Shown here: piece by piece, positions 58,600 to 64,000 of the stretch
How the letters are laid out: each line of letters begins with the position of its first letter
How positions within the stretch are numbered: position 1 is the stretch's first letter
NCBI GenBank assembly: GCA_963755125.1
Contig: CAVWIP010000016.1
Span: 64,001-128,000 of the forward strand
Direction of reading: 5' to 3'
Source: an uncultured delta proteobacterium
Lineage (GTDB): Bacteria > Myxococcota_A > Polyangia > Fen-1088
DNA length: 64,000 bases
Notes under the pieces: model-generated
Databases searched by the model: none
Seen by the model: the letters and a program-made list of their open reading frames with translations, nothing else
What the model was told of the DNA's origin: nothing
Program-made: the position numbers and the translations under genes

Positions 58600-60438
58600 C
58601 TACCGCGGAATCAACGACTCCAGTTCGGCCCAACGGACATAGAGGCGATCGACGTCGGCTTTGGCAGCGGCGATCTCGGCCTCCAATTCGACCAGGCGAC
58701 TGTGGTTGGTGGCGACCTCCGGGCTGTCCTGCTCGGCCCGCAGCGCAGTCAGTCTTGCCTCGGTCTCGGCGATGCGAGCCTCGATGCTGTCCCATTCGCG
58801 CTGGTCAATGTAGCTGAGCTTGCGGCGCGGCGCCGGTACACTGGCCGCTGACGTCGTCCTGGGCCTGGCAGAATTTGTGGCCGCAATTGCTTCGGCCTCC
58901 TCAGCGTGCCAGGCCTCCCATTGAGTGAGACCCACCATGGAACTGATGCGCCCCTCGGCGCCTGGCCGCGTGTGAAAAGCGAGTAGCCTATTTGTCACGC
59001 GGTCGAGAAAGTAGCGATCGTGGGTCACCAGCAGGACCGCGCCCTCGAAGCCCAGCAGCGACACTTCCAGCACCTGCAGTGTATCCATGTCGAGATCGTT
59101 GGTGGGCTCGTCGAGCACCAGCACATTCGCGGGCCGCAACATCAGGCGCGCGATGGCCAGCCGGCTCTGCTCGCCGCCCGAGAGCTGGCCCACCGCCAGC
59201 TTGCTGTGCTCGCTGCGGAACAGGAAGCGCGCCAGGTAGCCGCTGACGTGAACGCGCGCCCCGCGAAAGGTGACGTGATCGCCTCCGGGGCAGAGCGTGT
59301 CCACCACATTGAGGCTTGGATCCAGCGCCTCGCGGTGCTGGGCGAAGTACGCCACCTGCAGGCCGTCGGCGCGCAGGATCTGGCCGGCGTCGGGCGGCTC
59401 GTCACCCACCAGCACGCGCAGCAAGGTCGACTTGCCGCAACCGTTGGGACCAATGAGTCCCACGCGGCTGCCCGGGCCGACGAAAAGATCGAGTTCCTTG
59501 AAGATGATCTTGTCGCCGTACGACTTGGCGATGCCGCGCGCTTCGATGAAGCGGCGGGGGTTGCGGCCGGTGCCGGCGAAATCGATATTCGCGGTGCGCA
59601 CGACATTGCGACTGGCCAGCTCGTCGACCTCGCCTGCCAGCGCATCGGCGCGCTGGATGCGCGCCTGCTGCTTGGTGGTGCGGGCCGGCGCGCCCGCACG
59701 CAGCCACTCGGTCTCGCGGCGCAAAGTATTGCGCAACGAAACCTCGCGCCGCTCTTGCGCGGCCATCAGATCCGCCTTGCGCTCGATGAAGGTGGCGTAG
59801 TCGCCATCGACGGAGAGCAGTCCGCCGGCGTTGCGCCGGTCCAGTTCCAGAATGCGATTGGCCACCCGCTGCAGAAACAGGCGATCGTGCGTGACGGTGA
59901 CTGTGGCAAACGGGGCCGCGGCCAGCAGCTTCTCCAGCCAAAGAATACTGTCGACGTCCAAATGGTTGGTGGGCTCGTCCAGCAGCAGCAGTTCCGGCTC
60001 GCGCACCAGCTCGCGCGCCAGCGCCACCCGCTTGCGCCAGCCACCTGATAGCCGCTCCACTGGCGCGTCCGCACCCGCCTGCGCACCGCCCAGGTCCAGC
60101 CGCGAGATCAGCTCGTCCGCGAGCGCCGCCGCCCGCCAGGCCAAATCGTGATCCCCAATTGGCGCACCCTCGAGGATTGTCTCGCGCACGGTGCGCCCTG
60201 TTCTGAACTCCGGCACCTGCGCCACATGGCCCACGCGCAACCCGCGCCGCAGCGACAGCTCGCCGCGATCCGGACTGTCGGCACCGGCCAGGATTCGCAG
60301 CAGCGTGGTTTTGCCCGCGCCGTTGGGCCCAATCAGACCGACACGCTCGCCCTCGCCCAGGGTGAAGCTGACGCCGTCGAACAGCGGGCGCGCGCCGAAC
60401 GACTTGGACAGGTCCTGGGCTGTGGCGAGGATCGCCAT
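58600..60438 (-). CDS. uup: ABC-F family ATPase, Uup-like
   Basis: Two NBDs without TM; 'ARTTKQQAR' linker; C-terminal 'KLSY..QREW...YVRWAELE'. Confidence 0.88.
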   Translation of the reverse strand: MAILATAQDLSKSFGARPLFDGVSFTLGEGERVGLIGPNGAGKTTLLRILAGADSPDRGELSLRRGLRVGHVAQVPEFRTGRTVRETILEGAPIGDHDLAWRAAALADELISRLDLGGAQAGADAPVERLSGGWRKRVALARELVREPELLLLDEPTNHLDVDSILWLEKLLAAAPFATVTVTHDRLFLQRVANRILELDRRNAGGLLSVDGDYATFIERKADLMAAQERREVSLRNTLRRETEWLRAGAPARTTKQQARIQRADALAGEVDELASRNVVRTANIDFAGTGRNPRRFIEARGIAKSYGDKIIFKELDLFVGPGSRVGLIGPNGCGKSTLLRVLVGDEPPDAGQILRADGLQVAYFAQHREALDPSLNVVDTLCPGGDHVTFRGARVHVSGYLARFLFRSEHSKLAVGQLSGGEQSRLAIARLMLRPANVLVLDEPTNDLDMDTLQVLEVSLLGFEGAVLLVTHDRYFLDRVTNRLLAFHTRPGAEGRISSMVGLTQWEAWHAEEAEAIAATNSARPRTTSAASVPAPRRKLSYIDQREWDSIEARIAETEARLTALRAEQDSPEVATNHSRLVELEAEIAAAKADVDRLYVRWAELESLIPR

Positions 60439-60609
60439 GAGGTGCGGAAGTATAGGGGCGAAACCACTGGCAGTCCCGGTTCGTGACCACTTGGCCAGGT
60501 TCTGGTGGAGTATTGACAGTGCCTGTGGAATTCTCACCGGGTGCAGCGAGAGATTTGTGTAGATTTGCCCGGGTGTCGGCCGGCATGTCTCTTGCCTATC
60601 CAAGCACTC

Positions 60610-61152
60610 GTGATATCCGCTGCTCGCCTCTTGCTGGGGGCCTTCTTGGTTCTCGTCCTGTTCGCCAGCGAGGCAGCTCACGCCCAAACACTGCCGGCGG
60701 CTCCGCCCGCTGCCGACGCCCCATGGGGAAATGGGCGAAGTGTGATCGCGGTCAACTTCGGGATTGCCTCGGCGGTAGGTTTCGCGGGGCTTACCTACGC
60801 CTACTCGCCGCTGTCATGGCTCGAAACCGAGGTCGGCTTTGGACAGGGATTTTCCGGCACGCAGTTTTCGGCCATGCAGAAGCTTACGGTCGGCGGTCCC
60901 ATGACCCACTTCATCGCCGGTGTGGGCTTCGCCTATACTGTCGGGAAGGGCGTGGACAGCGCGTATAGACCTCCCTATTGGTGGCTAAACATCGATATCG
61001 CTGGTCTCGAGGTGAGGACCAAGAGTCACTTCGACTTCTTCATTGCGGCGGGACTCACGCGCGAATTTGAACGGCCAATCGCAGTGATGGACAATGACCC
61101 AGGTGGCAACACCTTCCCTCAGCTTCGCATGGGTATTGGTGGCTGGTTCTGA
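60610..61152 (+). CDS. Small outer-membrane beta-barrel protein
   Basis: Signal peptide AHA/Q, alternating strands, C-terminal 'GIGGWF'. Confidence 0.6.
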   Translation: MISAARLLLGAFLVLVLFASEAAHAQTLPAAPPAADAPWGNGRSVIAVNFGIASAVGFAGLTYAYSPLSWLETEVGFGQGFSGTQFSAMQKLTVGGPMTHFIAGVGFAYTVGKGVDSAYRPPYWWLNIDIAGLEVRTKSHFDFFIAAGLTREFERPIAVMDNDPGGNTFPQLRMGIGGWF

Positions 61153-61203
61153 CGGAGCCGGGCTGGAACCGCAGGCGCCGACGTAGTAAACACCCTCGCT
61201 CTC

Positions 61204-62826
61204 GTGATTCGCCTCGACAACATCAGCAAGCAGCACGGCCCGCAGATCCTGTTCATCGAGGCCAGCGCGGCCATTTTGCGTGGCGAGAAGATCGGCCTGG
61301 TGGGGCCCAACGGCGCGGGCAAGTCCACCGTGTTCCGCTTGATCATGGGCGAGGAGTCGCCGGACGAGGGCCAGATCTCCATGGACCGCAACGTGACCAT
61401 CGGGCATTTCAGCCAGGACGTGGGCGAGATGAAGGGCGTGTCCGCCGTGGCCGCGACCATGGACGGCGCGGGTCCGGTGTCCGCCATGGCCACCGAGATG
61501 CACGAGTTGGAGCACGCCATGGCCGATCCGGCGCGTTCGGACAAGCTGGATAGCCTGGTCGATCGTTTCGGCCACGTGCAGGCGCGTTTCGACGAGTTGG
61601 GCGGCTACGCGCTGGAGGCGCGGGCGCGAGAGATCATGGCGGGCCTGGGCTTTTCGCAAGAGATGATGGACGGTGACGTGGGCAATCTTTCAGGCGGGTG
61701 GAAGATGCGCGTGGCCCTGGCGCGCATTCTGCTGATGCGGCCCAACGTCATGCTGCTCGACGAGCCGTCGAACCACCTGGACATCGAATCCATAATTTGG
61801 CTCGAGGAATTCCTCAAGAACTATGAAGGCGCGATATTGATGACCACGCACGATCGCGAGTTCATGAACCGCGTGGTCAGCAAGATCATCGAGATCGACG
61901 GCGGCGTGCTGACGACATATTCAGGCAATTACGATTTCTACGAAAAGCAACGCGCCCTGAACGAGACGCAAGCTGAGGCGGCGTACGCGCGCCAGCAGGC
62001 CATGCTGGCCAAGGAGATCCGCTTCATCGAGCGATTCAAGGCCCAGGCCAGCCACGCGTCGCAGGTGCAATCGCGGGTGAAGAAGCTGGACAAGATCGAG
62101 AAGCTGGAGCCGCCGCGCCGCCGCCGCGCCCTGAGTTTCGCGTTCCCCGAAGCGCCTCGATCGGGCGAGGACGTGATCAAGATCGAGGGACTGCACAAGC
62201 AGTACGGCTCCCATGTCATCTACGACGGATTCGATCTGATGATCCGGCGCAAGGAGCGCTGGAGCGTGATGGGCGTCAACGGCGCAGGCAAGTCCACTTT
62301 GCTGAAGCTGGTGGCGGGCGAGATTGCGCCCGACGCTGGCAGCGTGACCCTGGGCGCGGGTGTGCGCCTGGGTTACTTCGCCCAGCACGCCATGGAACTG
62401 CTCGACGCAGACAAGACCGTGTACGAGACTCTGGAAGAGGCTTTTCCGTTGGCCTCGGTGGGCACGCTCAAGTCGCTAGGCGGCTCCTTCGGCTTCTCGG
62501 GCAGCGACATCGACAAGATCTGCCGCGTGCTTTCGGGCGGCGAGAAGGCGCGCGTGGTGATGGCGCGGCTGCTTTACGATCGCCCAAATCTATTGGTGCT
62601 GGACGAGCCCACCAACCACCTGGACATGGCCACCAAGGAAATGTTGCTCACAGCCCTGCGCGACTTTGAGGGCACCATGCTCTTCGTGTCGCACGACCGG
62701 CGCTTCCTGGCTGGCCTGTCCAACCGCGTGCTGGAACTGGTGCCCGAGGGCGTGATCCCCTACGGCGGCGGCTACCTGGAATACGTGGCCCGCAGCGGCC
62801 ACGAGGCGCCAGGCCTGCGCGCGTGA
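61204..62826 (+). CDS. ABC-F family ATPase
   Basis: Two NBDs (GPNGAGKST, LSGGWKMR, LDEP; GVNGAGKST, LSGGEKAR); 'YSGNYD'; 'QVQSRVK'. Confidence 0.92.
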   Translation: MIRLDNISKQHGPQILFIEASAAILRGEKIGLVGPNGAGKSTVFRLIMGEESPDEGQISMDRNVTIGHFSQDVGEMKGVSAVAATMDGAGPVSAMATEMHELEHAMADPARSDKLDSLVDRFGHVQARFDELGGYALEARAREIMAGLGFSQEMMDGDVGNLSGGWKMRVALARILLMRPNVMLLDEPSNHLDIESIIWLEEFLKNYEGAILMTTHDREFMNRVVSKIIEIDGGVLTTYSGNYDFYEKQRALNETQAEAAYARQQAMLAKEIRFIERFKAQASHASQVQSRVKKLDKIEKLEPPRRRRALSFAFPEAPRSGEDVIKIEGLHKQYGSHVIYDGFDLMIRRKERWSVMGVNGAGKSTLLKLVAGEIAPDAGSVTLGAGVRLGYFAQHAMELLDADKTVYETLEEAFPLASVGTLKSLGGSFGFSGSDIDKICRVLSGGEKARVVMARLLYDRPNLLVLDEPTNHLDMATKEMLLTALRDFEGTMLFVSHDRRFLAGLSNRVLELVPEGVIPYGGGYLEYVARSGHEAPGLRA

Positions 62827-62914
62827 TGGCAACGAAGCTGTTCAAGCACGGTGGCCAATTCACGGGGTAGCGGCGAGGCAATGTCTGACACGAGGCCCAG
62901 CCTACCGGTTCCGC

Positions 62915-63544
62915 TCAGCCGCCCGATGGTGCCGGGATGATGGGCAGGCTCGCCGGGGTGGGTGCCAGGCGGAACTCGGCCAGGCGTTCGGTTATCGCGT
63001 GCGCCTCGGAACGCGCCGATTCCAGCAACGTCGCCGCCTGGGTGTTGCCGGGGCCCACCTCCAGGGTCTTTAGCGTCGCGACCAGCTTGGCCTGATCGTC
63101 CTTCACCTGGGCCAGCCTGCACGACAGCGCATCGAGCATGTCATTGATTGCGTCACACTCCCGGTGCAGGTAGTCGCGCTTCCCGACCACCACTCGCTCG
63201 GCCAGGTCGCCCTGCGCGATTCGGCCGAATGCCGCCCGGAAATTGACCAGCGGGCCGAAAATCCGGTGCGTCACCACGATGAGATGAAACGTGAACGCTA
63301 CCAGCAGGATCGCGGCCAGCGGCAGCAGACGCTGGTAGAAGTCCAGAAACGTCAGGCCCGCGTGGCACTGCTCGTCGATGTCGTTCGAGTGCAGCATGGT
63401 CTGCAGGAGCGGAGCGACCGCCAGCGCCGAGGTCACGGCCACGGCAATCACCGCGTTGAGAACGCTGTAGGATACAATCTTCATCTGCAGCGGCTTGTCC
63501 ACCAGCAGCTTTCCCGGCTTCGAATCTGGAGTTGGCTCTTTCAT
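62915..63544 (-). CDS. Two-TM HAMP-domain membrane protein
   Basis: 'THRIFGPL..F......IAQGDL......RD......AINDM'; ATGA overlap with the upstream gene. Confidence 0.75.
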   Translation of the reverse strand: MKEPTPDSKPGKLLVDKPLQMKIVSYSVLNAVIAVAVTSALAVAPLLQTMLHSNDIDEQCHAGLTFLDFYQRLLPLAAILLVAFTFHLIVVTHRIFGPLVNFRAAFGRIAQGDLAERVVVGKRDYLHRECDAINDMLDALSCRLAQVKDDQAKLVATLKTLEVGPGNTQAATLLESARSEAHAITERLAEFRLAPTPASLPIIPAPSGG

Positions 63545-64000
63545 GGCTCTGTTCTCGTTTCTTCCATGGTACGCGTGTTGAAGTCGTAGACGTACTGCTT
63601 CTGCGCTTTCTCGTGCGTCGCCTTGGCCCTAAAGTGTGGCCCCTCCCGGCGGGCGCCATTGCCGGACACGATGTCGATGCGCACGCCAGCGATCGGGACG
63701 AAGTCGAAGGTGGGCGGCCCCGGGAAGGTGCTGACGGGCGGATTGCCGGCTTCGATGAAGTCGCCCTCCTGGCCCAGAAAGCGGTCGTGCTCTTCGAAGT
63801 AGTTCTGCTGAGCGGACACGAAGGAGGTCAGGCTGTTCTGGGCGGCGATGCCGTAGGCCAGGTTGCGGTAGTAGCGCAGCGACGCGATGGCGATGGTTAC
63901 CACCACGACGACGCCCGCCAGTGCGAGCAGCACGTGCACGGTCGTGGCGCTCTCCCCCTTTCGCTTCTTCTTGCGCTGGAGCGGGTAGCGCGGCTTGGGA
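63541..64000 (-). CDS. Pilin-like membrane-anchored protein (5' end outside the window)
   Basis: Frame open to the window edge; basic patch, TM helix, 'A...L......QQNYF', 'F.A.ATH.K'. Confidence 0.55.
   Translation of the reverse strand, partial: PKPRYPLQRKKKRKGESATTVHVLLALAGVVVVVTIAIASLRYYRNLAYGIAAQNSLTSFVSAQQNYFEEHDRFLGQEGDFIEAGNPPVSTFPGPPTFDFVPIAGVRIDIVSGNGARREGPHFRAKATHEKAQKQYVYDFNTRTMEETRTEP

Overview
GC-rich 64-kb chromosomal segment, most consistent with a Myxococcota (Polyangia-like) bacterium: it has Gly/Thr-rich lipoproteins, a MYXO-CTERM-like motif, a Ser/Thr kinase, an SctJ homologue and the holB-ricT-metG gene order. Housekeeping genes are holB, ricT/PSP1, metG, icd, hflKC, bfr, prfC, two ABC-F ATPases, an RhlE-like helicase and pspA. 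They are interspersed with accessory modules and many short gene remnants. The main candidates for undescribed biology are: (i) an ORF (44840-46648) that looks like a two-product polyprotein, with an FN3-like domain and internal MYXO-CTERM anchor followed by a second signal peptide and a beta-barrel; (ii) a possible aminocyclitol/inositol-lipid or surface-glycan pathway (1-10678); (iii) a HipA-like kinase/DUF3037 pair in a mosaic, decayed region; (iv) a MenT-like nucleotidyltransferase with a small partner; (v) a P-II paralogue lacking its nucleotide-binding residues; (vi) an isolated sigma28-like plus sctJ pair. Three kinds of intergenic repeat or palindrome and a recurring leaderless-type promoter layout are also visible. 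No rRNA, tRNA, CRISPR array, transposase or integrase was recognised. All calls come from motif recognition by eye; no database search was run.
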